This document shows positions 29,601 to 38,478 of a stretch of 42,516 nt of DNA, one piece after another. The notes under the pieces were generated by a model that made no database searches, was not told the origin of the DNA, and saw nothing but the letters and a program-made list of their open reading frames with translations. This stretch comes from a virus (lineage: Duplodnaviria; Caudoviricetes). The first letter of the stretch is position 1. The number at the start of each line of letters is the position of its first letter. The DNA lies in IMG/VR virus record IMGVR_UViG_3300020349_000356, positions 1-42,516 of that record; one strand, 5' to 3'. The position numbers and the translations under genes are program-made.

Positions 29601-30936
29601 AAAAGACAGACAGATTGCACTAGATGATATTGAGAAAGGTGTAAAACGCCATCTTGGTATTTTAGGTCGAGCCGACACATCTAAAGGTTATGGTCTTGCT
29701 TGGGCAGGACAAATGGCACGATCTGTAAACTATATTAGATATGGTTCGGGTTTCTTATTGCCATCCCTAGCTGACTTAGCCAACGTTGTATTTACATCGG
29801 GTTGGGGAACATTTTCTTATCTAAATTTGTTTAGTAGAAAAAATTCACAATTACGTAAAGCAGTCGTTGGTCTAAACAACCAAGAGATTATTAGACTTGC
29901 TACGGCATCAGAAAGAATACTTTCGAACAGTCGTACGATGAAAATGGCGGGTGCCGATACGACAAGAGAAATGGCAGGACTTGGAGCACCTGGCAGTCTG
30001 ACTCACTACACGACTTCTAATGCTGAAAAAATCGTTGATGGATTTAGTCAAGCAACCAACGTGGTTAGTTTTATGGGTTGGTGGAACACTCGTATGAAAT
30101 CCTTGGTAATGCTTGAGATGCAACACAACTTTGTTGAGTCCATAAGGAATTACGATAACCTTTTAGCAAAGGCTTCTGCCCAATCAAAAGCCGAACTTGA
30201 GATAGCTAAATTAGCAAATGTCGGTTTAGGACAATCTCAAATAGCAGGTATTCGAAAAATGTTTGCTAAACACCCGCCTACTAAGACGGACGGGCTTTGG
30301 GAAATGGAAATGGGCAGATGGTTAGACGAGGGAGAAGTTGGAGTTAAAGCATTTAATGACGTTATGACTGCCCTCGAAAGTGTTGCTACAAGAGCAATTA
30401 TGACGCCTGGTAAGGGTGATTTACCTTACTTTATGTCCGAAGGGATATGGAAGACGATACTTCAGTTTTGGACATATGGCTTTGTATCAATGTCAAAATA
30501 TATGATTCCTGCGTTTCAACGTATGGCACGATATGGAGATATGGAAGCGTTTGGATCATTGAGTTTAGCCACGGCGCTAGGTACAGGAATTGTAATGCTA
30601 TCCGACCTTAGATACCAAGGTTCAATTAAAGAAAGAAGTTTAGGTCAGTGGGGTTATGATGTTGCTGATCGTGCAGGTTTCTTAATGATGTTGTCTGTTC
30701 CGTTAGCGGAAGCAGGACGTACTTTAGGAATTGCAGAAAAACCATCTAGATATTCATCTGAGAAAAATAGAATGTCATTAATAGGTGGCCCAACGGGTGG
30801 ACTTATAACAGACGTTTTAGATTTAAAAGATGCCATAAGTGATGGTGATGGCGATAGAATCCAACAAGTTGGAAATAAATTACTGCCATTTAAATTATAT
30901 AAACAAATATATGACGTAACAATAGGAGACAAATAA
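26614..30936 (+). CDS. Large internal virion protein (gp16-like)
   Basis: 1440 aa directly before tail fibre; C-terminal IMTPG, KTILQFW, GGPTGG; central K/E/A-rich coiled coil. Confidence 0.8.
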   Translation: MKLTYQSANNLGVNVALESANSGLSLVSPPKREGLGFFATNYEMYMQETILGDMMRYGIIPQDRNASFYNYEDGIKFNPYAFWDENRVEYGDVEEWLKQGMFEDVYGQKQFKDRVARLRQLQKHREDLANGNFFGMLTGGLLTFADVSTLIPAYGLFKKGKTLATISRYAVGGGIFVGAQEASLHLRQELRTVDESVVNLAFTMAIGGGVGAFVSSGYKGSALYPGAKNNPFNPNNPVYLAIGDIGRGMKNSVVFQPIIQGGKRTWKAGTEKWEDLGKPGSVGAAAVVKATGAVGSGVKRVGTGAIQAVGKAGMYGLNKLAKTRIVGSPIYRLLTNKSQRAQRIGELLFDTGGILTKGNLKGKYLENVEQVANRIRARFDEVVFPAAVQRYVNLRIALAKLQGKDPSKIGISLADTGARMATFSRQVLKGPRKTQPETLKTKGQIEEFEFTDLTNKALYDDITDAELKNLRERFGDDGADLIVKAAKDQAEAIHAMNKSIEDDMLAIGMIKPSQAMGRSYGKAQLWISSGIAANTDRAKEFFMRLLSDEIPDDWLNANYGMSKQQFDELGKSDVKVGDNTYSPADGLIVKNEIFEDWNGALRRDTLELAEAEVDVATKRVERTRKEAVIAASNVRKTDTQIKKSEVKEAEAIVKERMLEQQKRKAQLDKIKLEIEQVKLQLRKQEAEQNIRDNQFHDVTKQTQKLKKERQSEVLEAEELLKLAEKNAETRLANLDKQGKQELDDLIFAKDNLIKKDNNLASAGDDALQEAVDKAKTKKVGNQITGRLEGRLQILMRQGRRLQDAIANVERKLGPVKKAVAEANKAKIDLRNAKKVRNQFKRLTAGEAKKAKTQLKKAKRILKKTTAKPSLEEYVDKLLLDLSSPNHRNSLTGGLDAEYFTSGRTKDRQFKLTNEQRREAEEMGILRNDLYGIMMKSMEDLSARIAIRKVFQKEGIEIGNEGKIVDELQLQVKEEYQTLINNAKKAGKSERTIVKLEKDRQIALDDIEKGVKRHLGILGRADTSKGYGLAWAGQMARSVNYIRYGSGFLLPSLADLANVVFTSGWGTFSYLNLFSRKNSQLRKAVVGLNNQEIIRLATASERILSNSRTMKMAGADTTREMAGLGAPGSLTHYTTSNAEKIVDGFSQATNVVSFMGWWNTRMKSLVMLEMQHNFVESIRNYDNLLAKASAQSKAELEIAKLANVGLGQSQIAGIRKMFAKHPPTKTDGLWEMEMGRWLDEGEVGVKAFNDVMTALESVATRAIMTPGKGDLPYFMSEGIWKTILQFWTYGFVSMSKYMIPAFQRMARYGDMEAFGSLSLATALGTGIVMLSDLRYQGSIKERSLGQWGYDVADRAGFLMMLSVPLAEAGRTLGIAEKPSRYSSEKNRMSLIGGPTGGLITDVLDLKDAISDGDGDRIQQVGNKLLPFKLYKQIYDVTIGDK
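30161..30184 (+). promoter_or_regulatory. Candidate phage promoter P5 inside gp16-like gene (phi17-like role)
   Basis: AAAGGCTTCTGCCCAAT (30168-84) identical to 17317-33. Confidence 0.5.
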
Positions 30937-31856
30937 TGGCTTTTGCGAGAGAAGTGTATGAACCTAGTTCAGTCGATCAATATGGAACTGGTAATTTAGA
31001 CTACACTATTCCTTTCGCATATATTGCAAGGTCACACATTAAGGTTGCCGTTAATGGTACTAATACGACGGCATATGATTTTATCGACTCGGCAAACATA
31101 AGACTACAAAGTGCCACACACCAAATTAATATTGGCGATAAAATTGTTATTACACGTGAAACATCTCCCGCAGCTCGTCTTGTTGACTATCAGACAGGCT
31201 CGGTTTTGTCAGAAGAAATTCTTGATCAAGATTCACTTCAAGGTTTCTTTCTTGCACAAGAAGCTAACGACATTAAAGAAGTGGCGTTGGCAAGAGATAA
31301 CTCAAACAATTGGGACGCTTTAAGTTCTAAAATTGTTAATGTGGCAGATGCCACGGCAGACACTGACGCCGTTAACAAAAGAACGGTACAAGCACTTACA
31401 GGTGCAGGAGTCACGGCTGCAAACAACTCAGCAATAGCGGCGGCAAATTCAGCATCGGCTGCGGACGCCGATAAGCAACTTGCTTTGGGTTATAGAAATG
31501 AAGCTGAAACTTTTAAAAATACTTCGGCAACTAATAAAGACGACGCCGAAGATGCAAAAGACGATGCAGTAGCGGCGAAAAACGCAGCCGTTAGCGCACT
31601 TGCTGCGGCCAATATTCCAAGCAGTCTTGCGGGTAACGGAAATAAATTCTTACAAGTTAATTCCGCAGGAACACAATACGATCTTGTGTCGTCTGTGGCG
31701 GCGCCTGTGTTCTATGGACTAAAAGTTAATGGATCAGTTTTAGAAAAAACAGAAACAAGAACTACACCTGTTAATGTAGCAGATTTTGATAATTGGTTGT
31801 TATCTGAAAACATACAAATCAGCATTGTAAATAATACGTTACAGATAGCACTATAA
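30936..31856 (+). CDS. Short tail fibre / adaptor with T7 gp17 N-terminal domain
   Basis: YTIPFAYIARSHIKV, ITRETS, LVDYQTGSVL, DAVNK; Ala-rich stalk; no large receptor-binding domain. Confidence 0.88.
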   Translation: MAFAREVYEPSSVDQYGTGNLDYTIPFAYIARSHIKVAVNGTNTTAYDFIDSANIRLQSATHQINIGDKIVITRETSPAARLVDYQTGSVLSEEILDQDSLQGFFLAQEANDIKEVALARDNSNNWDALSSKIVNVADATADTDAVNKRTVQALTGAGVTAANNSAIAAANSASAADADKQLALGYRNEAETFKNTSATNKDDAEDAKDDAVAAKNAAVSALAAANIPSSLAGNGNKFLQVNSAGTQYDLVSSVAAPVFYGLKVNGSVLEKTETRTTPVNVADFDNWLLSENIQISIVNNTLQIAL

Positions 31857-31866
31857 GGAGAAAATA

Positions 31867-33735
31867 ATGAGTACACAATTTATAGATTACACAAAACTAG
31901 GTTATAGATGGAAGGGAGTCTATTCTGCTAGTTCTACTTATGTAAACTATGATGTCGTACGAAAAGATGGTGAGGTGTATTACTACTATAATGGAGCGTG
32001 GGTTGAGTTTGCAAAAGGTCAACAACACGCCACAACTAAAGGTCAAGTTGTAACCACTTCTTTAACAGGCGCAACAACAGGCGCTAAAAATACATATTTA
32101 CATTCTAATTCAAACACTGTGGAATTTAGATTTCCAGGTGAACGTCCAGGCACTAGAGCCGTTAAGTTAATGCGTAAAAAACACAACGGCGCAAACTATG
32201 CTCACGGTTACGTGCAGGGCGCTATTATGACAGACGGATCACTACGTGTGTGGGGAGACTTACGAAATGGTCAAGCAGGTTTGGGTAATATGGGTGATAT
32301 CTCATCTATGAACCCAACTAGAGTCGCATTGCCAGGTGATCGATATATCATTGATGCATTTCAAATGGACAATAACATTTTTGTCCTCGACCACGAACAC
32401 CAACTTTGGGCAATGGGAAGTCAAAGTGAATGGGGTGGTTGGTCTTGGAAACCCGATCACGGTAATGGTTCAAACCAAGCACAAACACGTTTTGTAAATA
32501 TCAGTGAAGGTACTGATATGGAAGGTAAGAAGATCGTATGGTTTATTGCCGATAGAGATTACAACCAAGGTCAAGGTAAGACTTGTATGTTTGCTCAAGA
32601 TGATGAAGGTGGAATTTATTCTTGGGGATTTAATCAAAACAATCAATGTGCAAGAGAGGGACAAACAAGTCCACTTAGAAAACCCGAAAAAATAACAACA
32701 CTTGAAAACGGAAACCCACTGCCTCCTATTAAATATAGGGGCATATTTTTACACGCAGGTAACTACGCTACAACAACTGTAATTGATACAAGCGGAAAAA
32801 TGTATGTTACTGGATACCAAAGCAGGAATTTATTTACGACTGCTAAATATTATGGCTTTTGTGAATACACGGGAGTCCCTGGAAACACCTATAGTTTTAT
32901 GAAAACTACAGGATCAGACGGACATTGGGCAGCGGGGACACAATACTACGACACAATAGTCGTAGGGGATACAACGGGTCGTCTGTGGGGTTTAGGTAAT
33001 AGTACAGGACAAATATCAGCATTCTCGTCCCATCCTGGTTGGACGCCACCAATACTAGGTGGGTCTTCACAAATGACATCTAACGACGGACAAACTATCT
33101 TTGGAGGCGCCGCTGCATATGGCGGAAACGCAAACGGAGTTAATGTTGGTGGCATTGTTGATGCTTATGGTTTAGCGGGTGGATATGAAGCCTACGCTTG
33201 TTTGACAGGTGAAGGATCTATTTGGCACGTAGGCTACAGTGTCGGCGGAGCATATAATGGTAATTCACAATACAACGCTACAGGTACAGGCACAGGTGGT
33301 GGTTGGAATAGAATTAGATTTAGAACCGAAGACGGTAAAGATCAAACATATAAACACATTCATCCTGGTAATCATTATTATGAAAAATCTAAATTTTATT
33401 CACACCACGGTCGATACGGTAGGTGTTTTGCAAGTTTAACAACTGATGGTTATTTCTTTGCGTGGGGTTATAACAACGCAGGGGGAAGTGGTGTAGGTCA
33501 AACAGGGGATATACATCCATTTAATTATCAGTCAGACGGAATTCCTTCGGCTCAAGTAAACGATAAGATTATCGATTACGAAGTCTCGGGATACATAAGT
33601 GACGCCACAGGTAATAGTAATTGGTTGTTGCTTGGTGAAAACGGAGACGTTTACACCGTAGGTTGGGGTAGTCGTCAACTGAATAACAACGACGACGACA
33701 TCAGCATTACAACACCTAAAAAGGTAATATTTTAA
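31867..33735 (+). CDS. Tail-associated protein with RCC1-like repeats (RBP candidate 1)
   Basis: Repeats DGSLRVWG, GGIYSWGFN, GYFFAWGYN, NGDVYTVG. Confidence 0.75.
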   Translation: MSTQFIDYTKLGYRWKGVYSASSTYVNYDVVRKDGEVYYYYNGAWVEFAKGQQHATTKGQVVTTSLTGATTGAKNTYLHSNSNTVEFRFPGERPGTRAVKLMRKKHNGANYAHGYVQGAIMTDGSLRVWGDLRNGQAGLGNMGDISSMNPTRVALPGDRYIIDAFQMDNNIFVLDHEHQLWAMGSQSEWGGWSWKPDHGNGSNQAQTRFVNISEGTDMEGKKIVWFIADRDYNQGQGKTCMFAQDDEGGIYSWGFNQNNQCAREGQTSPLRKPEKITTLENGNPLPPIKYRGIFLHAGNYATTTVIDTSGKMYVTGYQSRNLFTTAKYYGFCEYTGVPGNTYSFMKTTGSDGHWAAGTQYYDTIVVGDTTGRLWGLGNSTGQISAFSSHPGWTPPILGGSSQMTSNDGQTIFGGAAAYGGNANGVNVGGIVDAYGLAGGYEAYACLTGEGSIWHVGYSVGGAYNGNSQYNATGTGTGGGWNRIRFRTEDGKDQTYKHIHPGNHYYEKSKFYSHHGRYGRCFASLTTDGYFFAWGYNNAGGSGVGQTGDIHPFNYQSDGIPSAQVNDKIIDYEVSGYISDATGNSNWLLLGENGDVYTVGWGSRQLNNNDDDISITTPKKVIF

Positions 33736-33751
33736 CAAGGAGAGATAAATA

Positions 33752-36289
33752 ATGAGTACAGTTTCATTAGGAAAAGTTAAGTTTAGTTGGAGAGGAAATT
33801 ATTCCTCAACGGCAAACTACTTTGAACAAGACATAACGTCGTACAACGGCACAAGCTATGTATGTATACAAGACAACACTACAGGTGTCGTACCTGCTAC
33901 AGTCACAACAAATCTAGGAACATCGACTCTTGAGTACTATGCAAAAGTACAGGCAGATGGTGGTTCTAATTTCTTTTACATTGATGTGACCGACGGTACA
34001 GGCACATATGTAAAACAAAAATATTTAAAATTAATTGAAGGTAACACCTACAAGTTCTATCAAAATGATTCGTCAAACGCTTCACATCCTCTCCTGTTTA
34101 GCGCCACGTCAGATGGAACTCACACAACAGGTGGAACAACCTATTCAAGTGGAATTACATATTACCTAGACGGAGCGTTGGCTGAAAATAAAAATGTTGT
34201 TGGAACTGTCAGCATTACTAGTGGAGCCACAGACGCAAACCGTACTGCAAACATCAACTCAAACGTAGCGACTACATCTAGTGGCTCGGGAACGGGTTTT
34301 GTTTGTGATGTTCAAGTTAATGGTTCGGGTACAGTTACAATTGTAGTTAGAGATAGTGGTTCGGGTTACGCCGTGAACGACACAATCACTATTGCGGCGG
34401 CAGATATTGTAGGTACAGGTACAACTGACGTAGTACTTAACGTAGATTCGCTCGGTAATGGACTAGCTGCTTACACTTCTAGTGCATATACCAACGCAAC
34501 TACAAGGTATGTACAAATTACAGTGCCAGAAGACGCTCCAAATCTTTATTATTACTGTCATAACCACTCTGGTATGGGGGGTTCGGCGCCAACTGCTAAA
34601 CAATCTGTAACAGTTACGGTTAATAGTTCTAATTGGGCACAATTTGCTCAAGGTGTGGACGGTACTGGTAGTGTTGAAGGCGATATTCTTTACTATGATG
34701 GTACACAACTACAAACACTGCCTGTTGGTAATGAAAATGAAGTATTAAAAATTGATGAATCCACATTAATGCCTGTTTGGGCGCCCGAAAGTGTACGTTC
34801 GGGAACTAAAGTTGCAAAACTTAAAGTTGATATGGCGGGAAGTTACCGATCACAAATGGTTCTTATGCAAGACGGATCACTAAGATGGTGGGGTAACAAT
34901 GGGAACTACAAAGGTGGTATCGGATATACTACAAATAACAGATCACAACCAATTCCTGTAGCGTTTCCACAAGAGTTTCCAGGCATTGATATACAATTAG
35001 ATAAAAACTTTATGCAAAACTACAACTCCTTTGGTGCTTGTATTGATAAAAACAATCATCTTTGGACTTGGGGTGCTAATAACTACGGCGAAATGGGTAT
35101 TCAAAATAATACTGCGGGTGGAACTTTTGAAGGACGAAGAGGTGTACCTGTAAATATTTCTAAAAGAACTAACTATACAGGTGGTATTGGAAGTACTACT
35201 TCAGAGTCTGCACGTAAAAAGATTGTTGAGATGGCCACACCTCACGCAACCGATGGTAACAACGGTGCAATTGTAGTTCGAGACGAAGACGGTTTCGTTT
35301 ATGGCTCGGGGTACAACGGGCACGGGGTTATGGGTCAAGGTAATACGAGTGCTCAATATCAGTTTATTGCCTATCCTACATTTGGTGTAGGCGGTGTATC
35401 TAATTACAAAGCAAAACAAATTGAAATTAGTAGTGCGACTAACCCAACACTAATAGTTCTTACAGAAAATGGAGACTGTTATTCAGTAGGCTATAGTGGG
35501 TATTACCAACACGGTGAGAATAATACAACTAATCATCAAACACCTACTATTGTGCCTGTAGTTGGCCCGACAAATTCGGGTGCGGTTATTGATAGAATTG
35601 CTTGTGTAAATCACAAAGGTGTATTTGTTATTGATACTGCCAACAACCTTTGGAATTGGGGATATGACAACAACGGTTATTTCGGTCGAGGTGGAACTGC
35701 GGGTAATTACTATAACCCAACAAACGTGACGTCTAACGTATCAAAAGTAGCGGTTACACATTGTACTGATAACTATAATTCAGCAATGATTATTAAAACT
35801 GATGGAACCGTTTGGGCTGCGGGTTACAACGGCTACGGACAGTTGGCTCAAGGCACAGGAAACACAACGGCGTTAAGTTCATACACAGAAATGAAATTCC
35901 GTTTACTACAAACAGACGGAACTTACGCTGAACAAACACTAAGCGCAGCGGGTAATCCATTTACGGTTACTCAAGCTATGTTTGCAGGTGGATCACAATA
36001 CCAAACTTCTGCGGTACTAACGTCAGAAGGTAAGGTTTGGTGTTGTGGTTACAACGGAGTTGGACAAGTAGGGGTCGGGCAAACAGGTAATAACTATGGA
36101 ATATTTTGGGAAGTTTATGGTCTGCCTGGTAAGGTTATTTCAATATCTCAACACGGACACTCAAGTGAGGGCGGTTGGATTGCGTTAATGGAAAATGGTC
36201 AAACATTTATGTGGGGCTATGGTGGTTCATACGCCATTCCAGAAGATGATGGTCATTCCTTCTATACGCCTAAATTAGTGTTGTATTAG
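33752..36289 (+). CDS. Tail-associated protein with RCC1-like repeats and cupredoxin-like segment (RBP candidate 2)
   Basis: LWTWGANNYGEMG, VWAAGYNGYGQL, VWCCGYNGVGQVG; LYYYCHNHSGMGG. Confidence 0.78.
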   Translation: MSTVSLGKVKFSWRGNYSSTANYFEQDITSYNGTSYVCIQDNTTGVVPATVTTNLGTSTLEYYAKVQADGGSNFFYIDVTDGTGTYVKQKYLKLIEGNTYKFYQNDSSNASHPLLFSATSDGTHTTGGTTYSSGITYYLDGALAENKNVVGTVSITSGATDANRTANINSNVATTSSGSGTGFVCDVQVNGSGTVTIVVRDSGSGYAVNDTITIAAADIVGTGTTDVVLNVDSLGNGLAAYTSSAYTNATTRYVQITVPEDAPNLYYYCHNHSGMGGSAPTAKQSVTVTVNSSNWAQFAQGVDGTGSVEGDILYYDGTQLQTLPVGNENEVLKIDESTLMPVWAPESVRSGTKVAKLKVDMAGSYRSQMVLMQDGSLRWWGNNGNYKGGIGYTTNNRSQPIPVAFPQEFPGIDIQLDKNFMQNYNSFGACIDKNNHLWTWGANNYGEMGIQNNTAGGTFEGRRGVPVNISKRTNYTGGIGSTTSESARKKIVEMATPHATDGNNGAIVVRDEDGFVYGSGYNGHGVMGQGNTSAQYQFIAYPTFGVGGVSNYKAKQIEISSATNPTLIVLTENGDCYSVGYSGYYQHGENNTTNHQTPTIVPVVGPTNSGAVIDRIACVNHKGVFVIDTANNLWNWGYDNNGYFGRGGTAGNYYNPTNVTSNVSKVAVTHCTDNYNSAMIIKTDGTVWAAGYNGYGQLAQGTGNTTALSSYTEMKFRLLQTDGTYAEQTLSAAGNPFTVTQAMFAGGSQYQTSAVLTSEGKVWCCGYNGVGQVGVGQTGNNYGIFWEVYGLPGKVISISQHGHSSEGGWIALMENGQTFMWGYGGSYAIPEDDGHSFYTPKLVLY

Positions 36290-36298
36290 GAGAAGCCG

Positions 36299-36499
36299 AT
36301 GCCAAGAAAACAAACCATAGTAAGTACACAGGCTGAGTTAGAAAAACACGAAGCTGAATGTGCCATTCGATATCAATATGTTTTAGAAAAAATAGAGGGC
36401 ATTTCTAAACGTATTTTTAGGATCGAAGCAATGATGATGATTTCAACAATATCGCTCATAGGATTTTTAGCGATGGTGGTTAACAAAATGTTAGCTTAA
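36299..36499 (+). CDS. Small membrane-anchored coiled-coil protein
   Basis: GGAG RBS; HEAECAIRY followed by a C-terminal TM helix. Confidence 0.7.
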   Translation: MPRKQTIVSTQAELEKHEAECAIRYQYVLEKIEGISKRIFRIEAMMMISTISLIGFLAMVVNKMLA

Positions 36500-36525
36500 T
36501 ATTAATATTTTTACGGGGAAGGGAA

Positions 36526-36975
36526 ATGATAGATCCGATAACTGCTTTTAGTGCGGTATCTTCGGCAGCAACGGCAATATCTAAAGCAGTTAAAGCAGGA
36601 CGAGATTTAAATTCATTAGGACAACAAATTGCAAAATATGCTAGAGCAGAAGCTGATTTACAATTTGGTGAATCACATAAGAAAAAATCAAGGTTTTCAT
36701 TTACCGAAGACGTCGCAATCGAACGGCACTTTAAGAAAGAAGAACTAAAGCAAAAACGAGATGAACTACGTAGTTTGTTTCTTTTGTATGGTGCGCCTGG
36801 TCAGTGGGAAAGACTACAAGCGGAAATAGCTAGTGTTCGTAAAGAACGCCAAGACTATTTAAAGAAACTTGCCAAACAGAAAAAAGATAGACTCAATGCG
36901 TTGTTAATTATAGGCGGATTAATAATTGGAGTCGGTGCAATATCTTTAGAAATTTGGTATCTAAAAAACTTATAA
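36526..36975 (+). CDS. Hypothetical protein with C-terminal TM helix
   Basis: MIDPIT start, helical, LLIIGGLIIGVGAISL. Confidence 0.75.
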   Translation: MIDPITAFSAVSSAATAISKAVKAGRDLNSLGQQIAKYARAEADLQFGESHKKKSRFSFTEDVAIERHFKKEELKQKRDELRSLFLLYGAPGQWERLQAEIASVRKERQDYLKKLAKQKKDRLNALLIIGGLIIGVGAISLEIWYLKNL

Positions 36976-36987
36976 CAAGGAGTTAGT

Positions 36988-37389
36988 ATGTTACCGATAA
37001 TTAACACAATACTACCGATGGTAGGCGAAGTTTTAGATAGGGTAGTACCCGATAAAAATCTTAACGCAAAAACTAAATCTGAAATCGAGAAGATGTTAAT
37101 TGCTAACGCCGCACAGATAAATGTTGAACAAATTAAAACAAATCAAATTGAAGCGGGTCATAGATCAGTTTGGACTTCGGGTTGGCGCCCGAGTCTTGGC
37201 TGGGCGTGTAGTGCTGGGTTCGCTTACACTTTTATACTACAACCGATTTTGCAATGGATTCTTGTTATGGTCGGGAACGATACAATATTGCCCTCCATTA
37301 ATACAGATATATTATTAGAACTTGTATTTGCTATGCTCGGTCTGGCTGGACTCCGTAGTTTCGACAAGATGAAAGGAACTACCAAATGA
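36988..37389 (+). CDS. Holin (3TM, GTA-type)
   Basis: SGWRPSLGW, MLGLAGLRSFDKMKG. Confidence 0.82.
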   Translation: MLPIINTILPMVGEVLDRVVPDKNLNAKTKSEIEKMLIANAAQINVEQIKTNQIEAGHRSVWTSGWRPSLGWACSAGFAYTFILQPILQWILVMVGNDTILPSINTDILLELVFAMLGLAGLRSFDKMKGTTK

Positions 37390-37631
37390 AACCAGCCAAA
37401 GGAAAAGCCAAAGTTAAGATAACCGCAAGTGGAAAAAAGGTATCTTATGGACAGGCAGGTAAAGCAAAAGGGGGTGGCCCAAGGGTCAAACCTGGAACAA
37501 AGAAGGGGAATTCATATTGTGCTCGTAGTGCAGGACAAATGAAACGAAATCCAAAAGCAGCAAAAAATCCTAACTCACCGTTAAGATTATCAAGAAAGCG
37601 TTGGAGATGTAGTGGAAGTAAATCACGTTAA
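37386..37631 (+). CDS. Small basic protein (81 aa)
   Basis: ATGA coupling; KKVSYGQ, SYCARS, terminal RKRWRC. Confidence 0.75.
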   Translation: MKPAKGKAKVKITASGKKVSYGQAGKAKGGGPRVKPGTKKGNSYCARSAGQMKRNPKAAKNPNSPLRLSRKRWRCSGSKSR

Positions 37632-37658
37632 TAACAACCCATATATAAGGAGAAAACT

Positions 37659-37784
37659 ATGCCAAAAGTTGGTAACAAATCTTATTCATACAGTCGTTCT
37701 GGAATGAAAAAAGCTAAAACTGCTGCTAAGAAAAGCGGTAAGAAAATCACATATCGTGGACGTTCACCTAAGAAGGTTAAGTAA
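37659..37784 (+). CDS. Small basic protein (41 aa; not in ORF track)
   Basis: AAGGAG RBS; MPKVGNKSYSYSRSGMKKAKTAAKKSGKKITYRGRSPKKVK. Confidence 0.75.
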   Translation: MPKVGNKSYSYSRSGMKKAKTAAKKSGKKITYRGRSPKKVK

Positions 37785-37927
37785 TGGCTACTAAGAAAAA
37801 ACCAGGGCTATACGCTAATATCAACCGTAGGAAAAAACTTGGTATTTCTAGACCGAAGTCTAAAAGTACAATTACTAAGAAAGCCTATTCGAATATGAAG
37901 AAGGGTTTTCCGAAGAAGAAAAAATAA
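37784..37927 (+). CDS. Small basic protein (47 aa; not in ORF track)
   Basis: TAATG coupling; MATKKKPGLYANINRRKKLGISRPKSKSTITKKAYSNMKKGFPKKKK. Confidence 0.75.
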   Translation: MATKKKPGLYANINRRKKLGISRPKSKSTITKKAYSNMKKGFPKKKK

Positions 37928-37937
37928 GGAGAATACA

Positions 37938-38165
37938 ATGGCAGATACTGCAAACCTAAGAGATAAATTATTGGTAAGGTTGGCTAGTATTGTCGAACAC
38001 GAAGAAGAACTACAACCCGCAATGGTGTCAGCCATTGTAAACTTCCTTAAAACTTTTCCACCTGCGGAACCTCTAGAAGACCTGCCGACTGCAAAGAAGA
38101 TTGCGTCATCACTAGAGCGTTATACGGCGGAGATGCCATTTAAGGGAGCTTCAAATGGTCACTAG
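37938..38165 (+). CDS. Probable terminase small subunit (gp18-like)
   Basis: Size, position upstream of TerL, PAMVSAIVNFLK and MPF resemble T7 gp18. Confidence 0.55.
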   Translation: MADTANLRDKLLVRLASIVEHEEELQPAMVSAIVNFLKTFPPAEPLEDLPTAKKIASSLERYTAEMPFKGASNGH

Positions 38166-38478
38166 AATTCGTTCGGGTTTAGATACAGGACAGTACGCAG
38201 CGCCTTTACAAATAAGACAACCAAATCCGATGCAGGGTACAACCCAACCTAAAACTACAAAAGTTAAAAATACGTTGCTTGAAGATCAAAAACGAAGACA
38301 AAAGAAAACTAAAGTTGGTTTTAGAACGGCGGGTGGTGATTCACCTAACAAAGACTTAGGGTTACTTGAAGGTGTCAAGGATGGCACTGAGGGTACGCCT
38401 GGAACTATTAATGGTGTCAGTGCTTTTATTGATGGATACTTACGAATAAATAAAAGACGGTACACAAGGAGAACTTAA
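38155..38478 (+). CDS. Hypothetical protein (107 aa)
   Basis: GGAG RBS; coupled to TerL by TAATG. Confidence 0.65.
   Translation: MVTRIRSGLDTGQYAAPLQIRQPNPMQGTTQPKTTKVKNTLLEDQKRRQKKTKVGFRTAGGDSPNKDLGLLEGVKDGTEGTPGTINGVSAFIDGYLRINKRRYTRRT

Noticed and set aside
31867-36289. Diversity-generating retroelement acting on tail proteins
   Set aside because: No reverse transcriptase and no near-identical template/variable repeat pair seen
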